Made by a program: the position numbers and the translations under genes
In this document: one piece after another, positions 15,558 to 22,171 of the stretch
How positions within the stretch are numbered: position 1 is the stretch's first letter
How the letters are laid out: the number at the start of each line of letters is the position of its first letter
Notes under the pieces: generated by a model
What the model was told of the DNA's origin: nothing
The model's database searches: none
Seen by the model: only the letters and a program-made list of their open reading frames with translations
Source of the DNA: Pyrobaculum calidifontis JCM 11548
Lineage (GTDB): Archaea > Thermoproteota > Thermoprotei > Thermoproteales > Thermoproteaceae
NCBI RefSeq assembly: GCF_000015805.1
Contig: NC_009073.1
Coordinates: forward strand, 210,001 to 242,000
Length of the DNA: 32,000 nucleotides
Reading direction: 5' to 3'

Positions 15558-16745
15558 GTGTGCATTAGGGTAGAGGGGAGGGCGTATCTAAATGGGAGAT
15601 TTACAAGGGTGAGAATAGGCGGCGAGGATTGCAGAACTGTGCAATACTCCAACGACTTCTTGATTCTCCCCGGCATGGTGGACGTCCACGTGCACTTCAG
15701 AGACTGGGAGCTGGCGTACAAGGAGACGCTGGCGGGGGGCGCCGCCGCGGCGCTGGCAGGAGGCGTCGTGGCCGTAGGAGACATGCCTAACACCAGGCCG
15801 CACATAAGGACCGCCGAGCTGTACCAGAGGAGGCTGAGGGAGGGGGCCTCCCTCCCCATAATCTACAGACTGCACATGGGGGTCCCCGCGGACCTCGCAG
15901 AGCTCGACTTGGCGAAGCCCCGCACTGTGAAGATATACCCAGAGGACATAGCCCAATTCGGCTGGGCGCACGTGAAAAGCCTCCTGCAGAAGTGCGCCGA
16001 GTTGAACTGCGTCGCAGTGTTCCACTGCGAAGACCCCCAGCTCTTTAGAGACGGGGAGAGGCCTCCCGAGGCCGAGCGGCTGTGCGTCGAGAAAGTCCGC
16101 GCCCTGGCGGCGGAGACTGGTGCCAGAGTACACCTCACCCACGTCACATTGGCCGAGACTGTAGAGACGGCGAGGGGGTGGGCCACCGTAGACGTAACCC
16201 CCCACCACCTCTACCTCGACACAGAGAACTGTAGAGACAGGGGGCTGTGCCTAGTCAACCCACGCCTGAGGGCCCCCGACGCCAGGAAGAGGCTGCTCGC
16301 AGCGCTTGCGGCTGGTCTCGTGGACATGTATGCCACAGACCACGCCCCGCATACTCTCGCCGAGAAGGCGTCGGAGAACCCCCCGCCGGGGATCTGTAGC
16401 CTCGACGTGGCCCTCGGCCTACTACTAGCCCTCTGGAAGCGCGGCGTCTTGGCCTTGGGCGACGTGGTGCGCCTCTACTCCCACAGGCCCGCCCGCCTCC
16501 TCGGCGTAGACGTAGACCCGCTCGCAGGGACCTTCACCATTGTCAAGCTTGAGGAGTACACAGTCAAGGGCGAAGAGTTTGCGGGCACCTGCAAGTTTAC
16601 CCCCCTCGAGGGGCTCAAAGCGTTTGGCCGCGTAGTGGCCACAGCCGTGCGGGGGGTGGTGTACTTCAGAGACGGCGAGGCGAAGCCCCTCTGGCCTACC
16701 GCAGTCTCCCAGCCTCGAGGGACACCTCCTTCCACTTATCCCTAA
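15558..16745 (+). CDS. pyrC: Dihydroorotase
   Basis: Evidence is the LPGMVDVHVHFRD metal-binding HxH motif, then GGVVAV.DMPNT, FHCED, and ATDHAPH (catalytic Asp). The start is GTG 15558, 3 nt after the stop of the KaiC-like gene. Confidence 0.9.
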   Translation: MCIRVEGRAYLNGRFTRVRIGGEDCRTVQYSNDFLILPGMVDVHVHFRDWELAYKETLAGGAAAALAGGVVAVGDMPNTRPHIRTAELYQRRLREGASLPIIYRLHMGVPADLAELDLAKPRTVKIYPEDIAQFGWAHVKSLLQKCAELNCVAVFHCEDPQLFRDGERPPEAERLCVEKVRALAAETGARVHLTHVTLAETVETARGWATVDVTPHHLYLDTENCRDRGLCLVNPRLRAPDARKRLLAALAAGLVDMYATDHAPHTLAEKASENPPPGICSLDVALGLLLALWKRGVLALGDVVRLYSHRPARLLGVDVDPLAGTFTIVKLEEYTVKGEEFAGTCKFTPLEGLKAFGRVVATAVRGVVYFRDGEAKPLWPTAVSQPRGTPPSTYP

Positions 16746-17172
16746 GGCGCCCCATTATGCTTGGCTCAATGTCTAAGGCCAGCGAGATGTCGACGAGGCG
16801 CTGGTAGCGCGCCGCCACGTCGCGGTACCACCCAAGCACCTTCCTATCGCCGCTCCTCATCTTCTCGTGGAGCCTCTCCATCTCCTCGAGCAGGGCCTCG
16901 GCCATCTTCTCAACGACGGCCTTCGCCAGCGGTCTCACCTCCTTGTACTGCGCCTCGCCCAGCTCAACCACGGCCACCTCGAACATGGGCCCCCTGCCCT
17001 CCTCCTCCCACCTCCTTATCACGTTCCTCTTAACTGCGTCAACCGCCTTGGCCACTTTGTCCCGCGGAGCCCAGACGAGGAAGACCCCCTCCAAAAGCTC
17101 AAGCCCATCCACCATTCTGCCAAGCCTCTTCACTAGCTCCCTGCTGTCAGATTTGACTAATACCAAGAACAC
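16696..17172 (-). CDS. Hypothetical protein (158 aa), N-terminal beta-alpha-beta module followed by a helical region
   Basis: The ORF has host-like codon usage and a GTG start at 17172. An AT-rich TATA-like element is centred 21 nt upstream. I recognised no family motif. Its 3' end overlaps the pyrC 3' end by 50 nt (convergent). Confidence 0.55.
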   Translation of the reverse strand: MFLVLVKSDSRELVKRLGRMVDGLELLEGVFLVWAPRDKVAKAVDAVKRNVIRRWEEEGRGPMFEVAVVELGEAQYKEVRPLAKAVVEKMAEALLEEMERLHEKMRSGDRKVLGWYRDVAARYQRLVDISLALDIEPSIMGRLRDKWKEVSLEAGRLR

Positions 17173-17186
17173 TTGGGGCAGAAGAC

Positions 17187-17199
17187 ATATAATTTTAAG
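17187..17199. promoter_or_regulatory. AT-rich TATA-like element placed symmetrically between a minus-strand gene and a plus-strand C/D sRNA (possible bidirectional promoter)
   Basis: The sequence is atataattttaag, centred at about 17193. That is 21 nt from GTG 17172 on the minus strand and 21 nt from the C box at 17214 on the plus strand. Confidence 0.4.
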
Positions 17200-17213
17200 T
17201 GTGATAGGCGGCG

Positions 17214-17263
17214 GTGATGAATTCGGCAGGAGTTGAAAGGTGACTTAACTTAGCCCTACCTGA
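17214..17263 (+). ncRNA. C/D box sRNA candidate
   Basis: The plus strand reads GUGAUGA(C)-AUUCGGCAGGAG(12 nt)-UUGA(D')-AAG-GUGACUU(degenerate C')-AACUUAGCCCUAC(13 nt)-CUGA(D). It is intergenic, with a TATA-like element about 21 nt upstream. Weak points are the degenerate C' box and the absence of a terminal stem. Confidence 0.55.
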
Positions 17264-17292
17264 TATTATACAGGTATTATCGACGACGGTAA

Positions 17293-17307
17293 ACTGAAAC
17301 TTTCAGT
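17293..17307. promoter_or_regulatory. 15-bp perfect palindrome upstream of the TATA box of the TGT-like gene (candidate operator)
   Basis: The sequence is actgaaa-c-tttcagt, with 7-bp arms. It ends 17 nt before TATA ttatataaa (17324-17332). Confidence 0.3.
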
Positions 17308-17351
17308 CAACCCCCAGGGCCTGTTATATAAACCCATTAGACAAAATAGAG

Positions 17352-18272
17352 GTGAAAATCGCCTTGGGCACCCCCCTCAGCGCTGTGCCAAAGCCCTGGC
17401 TATACTTCGACGTCCCAGCCCTAATTATCAACGCGCTGGAGGCCAAGAGGCGCAACCCCCGCCTAGCGCTGGGGTACGAGGGAGAGCTCTGGCTAGACTC
17501 CGGGGGCTTCCAAGTGCTGAGAAAGGGCCTTCAACTCGCCGTGGAGGAGGTGGCCGAGGTGTATAGGCAGGTGGAGGCCCAGTACTACCTCTCTCTAGAC
17601 GTCCCGCCCTCCCCCACCGACCCGCCAGACGTGGCGGAGAAGAAGTTTGAGAAGACTTACCGAAACTGGGTGCGGCTCTCGAGGGCTGTGGAGGGGGTTG
17701 TTCCAGTGCTCCACGTCTACCGCGACGAGGGGCTCTTCCTCAAGTACCTGAGGCGGTACCTAGACGCCCCCGTCTTAGCCATAGGAGGCGCAGTGCCCTA
17801 CGTATTAATCACGAGGGGGGTGCCGCGGGGGTCCAGGGAGTACGCCTTGAGGCTGATAAAAACGGCGAGAGAGGAGTTCAAGGGCAAGCTCCACGTCCTT
17901 GGGCTGGGCAGCCCCTCAGTCACGCCGATACTTGAGGCGCTCGGCGTAGACAGCACTGACACATCCACTTGGCGAGTCAAGGCGGCCTACGGCAAAGTCA
18001 TACTCCCAGGCGGCGGCGAGAGGCACGTCACTGGGAGAAAGGTGAACTTCGGCCCGAAGAAGGCCCTCGAAGAGGAGCTGGAGGAGCTACGCGCCTTCTT
18101 GGCCCAGACAGGCTTCCCTGCCCTTACGCCGGACTTCAGCCAGCGCTTGGCGGAGTCTTTTGAGTACCGGGCCCTCGTCAATGCGTGGGTGGTGCTCCAC
18201 AGCCGCACGGCGCCTAGGTCCCCCGCCTTTAGGAAGCTGTACGCCGCGCTGGCGGCGCCGCATAGCGGCTAA
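17352..18272 (+). CDS. TGT-fold (tRNA-guanine transglycosylase superfamily) protein without zinc site or C-terminal RNA-binding domains; DpdA-like or split-ArcTGT-like
   Basis: The ordered TGT motifs are LWLDSGGFQVL, YYLSLDVPP, VLAIGGAVP, LHVLGLGSP and GVDSTDTSTW. The protein is 306 aa with zero Cys residues. The start is GTG 17352, with TATA ttatataaa centred 24 nt upstream. Confidence 0.85.
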   Translation: MKIALGTPLSAVPKPWLYFDVPALIINALEAKRRNPRLALGYEGELWLDSGGFQVLRKGLQLAVEEVAEVYRQVEAQYYLSLDVPPSPTDPPDVAEKKFEKTYRNWVRLSRAVEGVVPVLHVYRDEGLFLKYLRRYLDAPVLAIGGAVPYVLITRGVPRGSREYALRLIKTAREEFKGKLHVLGLGSPSVTPILEALGVDSTDTSTWRVKAAYGKVILPGGGERHVTGRKVNFGPKKALEEELEELRAFLAQTGFPALTPDFSQRLAESFEYRALVNAWVVLHSRTAPRSPAFRKLYAALAAPHSG

Positions 18273-18301
18273 ATTTATTAAGTGGGCAAAACACGGTGCC
18301 G

Positions 18302-18724
18302 ATGAAGTACAGGCTGATGGACGTCCTCGCCTGCCCCTACGACAAGACCTTCCCCCTAAGGCTGGTGGTCTTAAAGAGGCGGGAGTACCCCGAGCGGCAG
18401 TACACATGGCCCCGCAAGCCATTCTGCGAGGAGTACTGCGCCTACCGCGACTTAAAGATAAAGGACCACCCAAAGCCAGACACACTGCCCTGCGAGGAGT
18501 GCCACAAGTGGGAAATTGAGGCGGGGGTCATATACTGCCCCACCTGCGGGAGGTGGTACCCCATAATAGAGGAGATCCCCAGGATGTTGCCAGACGAGTT
18601 GCGCAACGAGAAGGAGGAGCTGGAGTTCCTCCGCTCAGTGGCAGAGGACTTGAAGAAGGCGGCGCCAGACATCGCCGAGAAGATACTACAACAGGGAAAG
18701 CCCTTCAACCTATCCACAAAGTAG
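18302..18724 (+). CDS. Trm112-like zinc-ribbon protein, expanded (140 aa) with a Cys-rich insert and a helical C-terminal tail
   Basis: The N-terminus is MKYRLMDVLACP, and the C-terminal half-ribbon is VIYCPTCGRWYPIIEEIPRMLPDE (Trm112/DUF343 signature). The insert carries CEEYC and CEEC. TATA-like aaatttattaag is centred about 25 nt upstream of ATG 18302. GTG 18296 is an alternative start. Confidence 0.75.
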   Translation: MKYRLMDVLACPYDKTFPLRLVVLKRREYPERQYTWPRKPFCEEYCAYRDLKIKDHPKPDTLPCEECHKWEIEAGVIYCPTCGRWYPIIEEIPRMLPDELRNEKEELEFLRSVAEDLKKAAPDIAEKILQQGKPFNLSTK

Positions 18725-18760
18725 CTTTCAATAAATTAAATACTGGGAGCAGTTTTACAC

Positions 18761-19177
18761 ATGCTCCCAGAGCTTAGCGACTTGGATCTTGAGAATCCGT
18801 CCTTCTCTGCCTCTGGGCCTGCGGAGTATACGGTCTCCTTTGGCAGACCCTGCAAGGTAGGTGCAAACGTCCGCGTGGATTCCCTGCTCTTTGCCTGGCC
18901 CCGCGTCTTCTCTAGGGCACTTGTGGCTGTCTACAGGTGCGAGGAGTTTTGGCCGCACTACGATGTGAAGACGCGCGCCGTGTCTGTGGGCAAGTCCATC
19001 TACGTAATGGTGGACTCCGTGGCCCGCCACGCCGAGCAGGACGCGGAGACTGTGCCACTGGAAGAGGGCCCACTATGGCGCTACGTGGCCAAAATAGGAG
19101 GAGCTGCGTTGTGTAAAACGTTAAGGGAAGTATTGCACATTGAGGCTAAGTGTAAAATGTATGGGAGGCTTTATTAG
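18761..19177 (+). CDS. Hypothetical protein (138 aa)
   Basis: ATG 18761 is preceded by the AT-rich box tttcaataaattaaatac, centred about 26 nt upstream. I recognised no motif. Third-position GC is somewhat lower than in neighbouring genes. The gene overlaps the sod stop by 4 nt (convergent). Confidence 0.5.
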   Translation: MLPELSDLDLENPSFSASGPAEYTVSFGRPCKVGANVRVDSLLFAWPRVFSRALVAVYRCEEFWPHYDVKTRAVSVGKSIYVMVDSVARHAEQDAETVPLEEGPLWRYVAKIGGAALCKTLREVLHIEAKCKMYGRLY

Positions 19178-19803
19178 ACCTTTGTTATTTTGCCGTTTAG
19201 CGCGTCTTCGAGCCTCTTCTCTACGTCGTCCCAGTTGACTACGTTCCACCAGTTGTCGACGTATGACCCTCTGTCGTTCTTGTATTGCAGATAGTAGGCG
19301 TGCTCCCACACATCAAGCGCCAGTAACACTTGAGCATTTGCGATGTGCATTAGGTTGTGCTTCTCGATTTGTACGACAAGAAGTTGCCCTGTCTTGGGCT
19401 CGTATATCAGGAGGGCCCACCCCACGCCTTCTACGTTTTTAGCGGCTTGGCTAAACTCCTCTTTGAATTTCTCAAAGGAGCCGAAGAACTGGTTTATTAA
19501 GTCGGCGGTGCGGCCTCCCGGCTTTCCGCCGCCTTTGCCATGGGGCGCCATGTTTGGCCAGAAGATGCTGTGGAGTAGGTGCCCGTTTAAGTGGAAGGAG
19601 AGGTCTCTCAGCACTGCCTTGATGTCTATCTGGGCCTCTCCCTTCCTGAATTTCTCAAGTTTTTCGAGGGCAGCGTTTGCCCCATTGACGTAGCCCTGGT
19701 GGTGTTTCTGGTGGTGTAGTTTCATTATCTCCTCGGCGATGTAGGGCTCGAGGGCGTTGTATGCGTATGGGAGTGGTGGTAGTTCATATTTTTTAACTTG
19801 CAT
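19174..19803 (-). CDS. sod: Fe/Mn superoxide dismutase
   Basis: The N-terminus is YELPPLPYAYNALEPYI...HHQKHH, and the C-terminus is DVWEHAYYLQYKN. Both are canonical Fe/Mn-SOD signatures. TATA cgtttaaatgag lies about 24 nt upstream. Confidence 0.95.
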   Translation of the reverse strand: MQVKKYELPPLPYAYNALEPYIAEEIMKLHHQKHHQGYVNGANAALEKLEKFRKGEAQIDIKAVLRDLSFHLNGHLLHSIFWPNMAPHGKGGGKPGGRTADLINQFFGSFEKFKEEFSQAAKNVEGVGWALLIYEPKTGQLLVVQIEKHNLMHIANAQVLLALDVWEHAYYLQYKNDRGSYVDNWWNVVNWDDVEKRLEDALNGKITKV

Positions 19804-19845
19804 GACACCCCCCTCGTTTGTCTCATTTAAACGTTTCTAACGCCG

Positions 19846-20616
19846 CTAGTCGGCGGTGAGGGTCTTCTCAACGACTATCGCCCCCAGGGCCGTTGCGGTC
19901 GCCGCAAAGATGAGCACGGCTGCAAAGTGGCTGGGGGGTGGGACGGCGCCGTAGACGAGTGCGCTTCGTCCAATTTCTGTGAGGTAGGTGAGGGGGTTGG
20001 CGTCGCTTATTGCCTGTAGCCAAGTGGGGAAGAACTGTCTTGGGAATAGGGCTGTGGATGTGAACATTAGCGGCATGGTTATGAAGTTCATGACGACGCC
20101 TGGGGCTTGTACATCTGCGGTGTTCGCGGTTAGTGCTGTGAAGAGGGAGGCGAACCCCACGCCGGCGGCCACAAGCGCCACTAGCCACTCGGCTAGGGCA
20201 ATGGCGTTTACCGTGTACTGGACCCCCAGCACTGCGCCGAGGAGGAGTATCACAGGGGCGGCCAGTAGGCCTCTTGTAACGGCGCCAAGCGCCTTTGCCA
20301 AGTGGATTGCAGCCTTTGGAGTAGGGGTTACGAGTATTCTCTTTAGGTAGCCCACCCGCTTGTCGAACACGAGGCTCATCGAGGCGAACATCCCCGTGCT
20401 CATCATCAAGATGGAGATCATGCCGGGCAACATGTAGGCCAGGTAGTTGTCTACGCCGAAGTACTGCCTGAGGAATGCGCTGGGCATGCCCGCGAGGCTG
20501 TTGCCGAAGAAGAGAATCCACATGAGGGGCTGTGCCACTATCATTATCCACATGTATCTGCTTCTGACGAGCTTAAGCACCTCCCTCTTGTACAAGGCGT
20601 ATACCTCCCCTATCAT
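19846..20616 (-). CDS. ABC-2 type transporter permease
   Basis: The 256-aa hydrophobic ORF has about 6 TM segments. It overlaps the upstream ATPase gene by 4 nt. Confidence 0.85.
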   Translation of the reverse strand: MIGEVYALYKREVLKLVRSRYMWIMIVAQPLMWILFFGNSLAGMPSAFLRQYFGVDNYLAYMLPGMISILMMSTGMFASMSLVFDKRVGYLKRILVTPTPKAAIHLAKALGAVTRGLLAAPVILLLGAVLGVQYTVNAIALAEWLVALVAAGVGFASLFTALTANTADVQAPGVVMNFITMPLMFTSTALFPRQFFPTWLQAISDANPLTYLTEIGRSALVYGAVPPPSHFAAVLIFAATATALGAIVVEKTLTAD

Positions 20617-21563
20617 CTCCTCGCCCGCCTTATCCTCATGTACAACTGACGGATGTCCGTCTGCTCCCCCTCGATGGAGGCGCCTGTGAGATTTATGAAC
20701 ACTGTATCAAGACTGGCCTTCTTCACCTTGACGCTTTTGACGCCCTCTACCGCTTTAACGACCTCGGGGAGCACCTCCTCGGCGCCCCGCGTCTTTATGA
20801 CGATTCTCCCATCCACCGCAACAACTTCACCGAATTTGGACAGAGAGGCGACGTCGGGTCTCCCCGACACCTCTAGCTCAATTACGTCGACGCCGTACTT
20901 GGCCTTGAGCTCATCCGGCGTCCCCACTGCCACAATTCTCCCCCTGTTTATTATCGCCACCCTGTTGCAGAGGGCCTCCGCCTCCTCCATGTAGTGAGTG
21001 GTCAAGAGGACTGTGACTCCAAAGTCTCTGTTTATGCTTTTCACAACCTCCCAGAGCCCCACTCTAGCCCCCACGTCTAGGCCCACGGTGGGCTCGTCCA
21101 TGAAGAGCACCTCGGGCCCGTGGAGGAGGGCCATGGCCACCTCAAGCCTCTTCCTCATCCCAGTGGAGTACTTCCCCACGGGCCTCCCCGCCGCCTCCCA
21201 CAGCCCGAAGTACTTCAAGAGCTCCCCAGCCCTCTCCCTCCAGTCCCTTACCCCGACGAGCCTTGCCTGTATTTCTAAGTTCTCCCACGCGGTGAGCTCG
21301 TCGTCTACAATGACCTCAGAGGCAATCCACCCAATCCTCTTCTTCACTTCCCTCGCCTCTTTTACCACGTCGAAGCCGGCGACCCACGCCCGCCCCGAGG
21401 TGGGCCTAGTTAAGCCGGTCAATATTTTGATCGTGGTAGTCTTCCCAGCGCCGTTTGGCCCGAGGAGGCCGAAGACCTCGCCTTTTTCCACGTGGAAAGT
21501 CACTCCGTCCAGCGCCACGACGTCGCCGTACCTCTTCCTCAAGTCCTCCGCTCTTATTGCCAC
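20613..21563 (-). CDS. ABC-2 type (DrrA-like) transporter ATP-binding protein
   Basis: Motifs are Walker A GPNGAGKTT, signature YSTGMRKRLEVA, Walker B LFMDEPTVGLD and H-loop TTHY. The start is GTG 21563, with TATA aagtttatattc about 22 nt upstream. It is a paralogue of the ATPase at 10722-11606. Confidence 0.9.
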   Translation of the reverse strand: MAIRAEDLRKRYGDVVALDGVTFHVEKGEVFGLLGPNGAGKTTTIKILTGLTRPTSGRAWVAGFDVVKEAREVKKRIGWIASEVIVDDELTAWENLEIQARLVGVRDWRERAGELLKYFGLWEAAGRPVGKYSTGMRKRLEVAMALLHGPEVLFMDEPTVGLDVGARVGLWEVVKSINRDFGVTVLLTTHYMEEAEALCNRVAIINRGRIVAVGTPDELKAKYGVDVIELEVSGRPDVASLSKFGEVVAVDGRIVIKTRGAEEVLPEVVKAVEGVKSVKVKKASLDTVFINLTGASIEGEQTDIRQLYMRIRRARR

Positions 21564-21591
21564 ATCTTCCGATAGATCGGTGAATATAAAC

Positions 21592-22143
21592 TTATTTCAG
21601 CTTCGCCTGCCTTTTACTGCGCCTCCTCCTCTTTTCGCCGAGTTTAAAGTAGGCGTAGAAGCCGTAGACAAGGCCGCCGAATAGGGCCAGCCTCCCCATC
21701 CACGCCGCCAGAGCCACGGGGCCAATGCCCTGTGGCCTCACCACCATGGGGAAAACACCGACGTAGGGAATCGTCAACACCACCTTGCCCACTAGGTTGT
21801 TGCCCACTGGGGGCTCTCCCACCGCTTGGTCTGGGAGGTTGTTGTTGTCGCCCCAAGTCACCAAGCCGCAACTGCTACCAACTTGCTTGCTGTAGACTCT
21901 GTGTATAATCCAGCTGCCGGCCCACATGGGGTTCCGGGCCACGTATACCACTATGTCGCCTGGCGATGCTGTCTCACACGAGGCCCCCGCCAATATGACA
22001 AAGTCGCCGACTCTCAACGTGGGCTCCATAGAGTATGAAGACACCACGGCGATGGGCCACGCCACGCCGGTCGCTCTGGCGTAGGCCACTAAGGCCACCA
22101 CGATGGCTACGAACCAGATGAGGTCCTTAACCCACTCCCTCAC
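21592..22143 (-). CDS. Signal peptidase I, archaeal/eukaryal Sec11 (S26B) type
   Basis: An N-terminal TM segment is followed by SYSMEPTL (Ser nucleophile box), IIHRV (His box) and WGDNN (conserved GDNN box). There is a C-terminal TM segment and a basic tail. The start is GTG 22143. Confidence 0.85.
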   Translation of the reverse strand: MREWVKDLIWFVAIVVALVAYARATGVAWPIAVVSSYSMEPTLRVGDFVILAGASCETASPGDIVVYVARNPMWAGSWIIHRVYSKQVGSSCGLVTWGDNNNLPDQAVGEPPVGNNLVGKVVLTIPYVGVFPMVVRPQGIGPVALAAWMGRLALFGGLVYGFYAYFKLGEKRRRRSKRQAKLK

Positions 22144-22171
22144 GGACGGGCAGTTGCACCCATATTAAAGT

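Noticed and set aside
15588-16208. A 206-aa minus-strand ORF antisense to pyrC
   Set aside because: pyrC carries clear dihydroorotase motifs on the plus strand. The antisense product has no motifs and a GC-artefact composition.
19868-20551. A 227-aa minus-strand ORF overlapping the ABC-2 permease in another frame
   Set aside because: The product is Arg/Pro/His-rich. The hydrophobic frame (19846-20616) is the credible permease and is coupled to the ATPase gene by a 4-nt overlap.
20998-21684. A 228-aa plus-strand ORF (with similar Ser/Thr/Pro-rich antisense ORFs at 28087-28725, 28278-28874 and 2563-2982)
   Set aside because: These are antisense to motif-supported genes. The Ser/Thr/Pro/Ala-rich products are typical of the reverse strand of GC-rich coding sequence.
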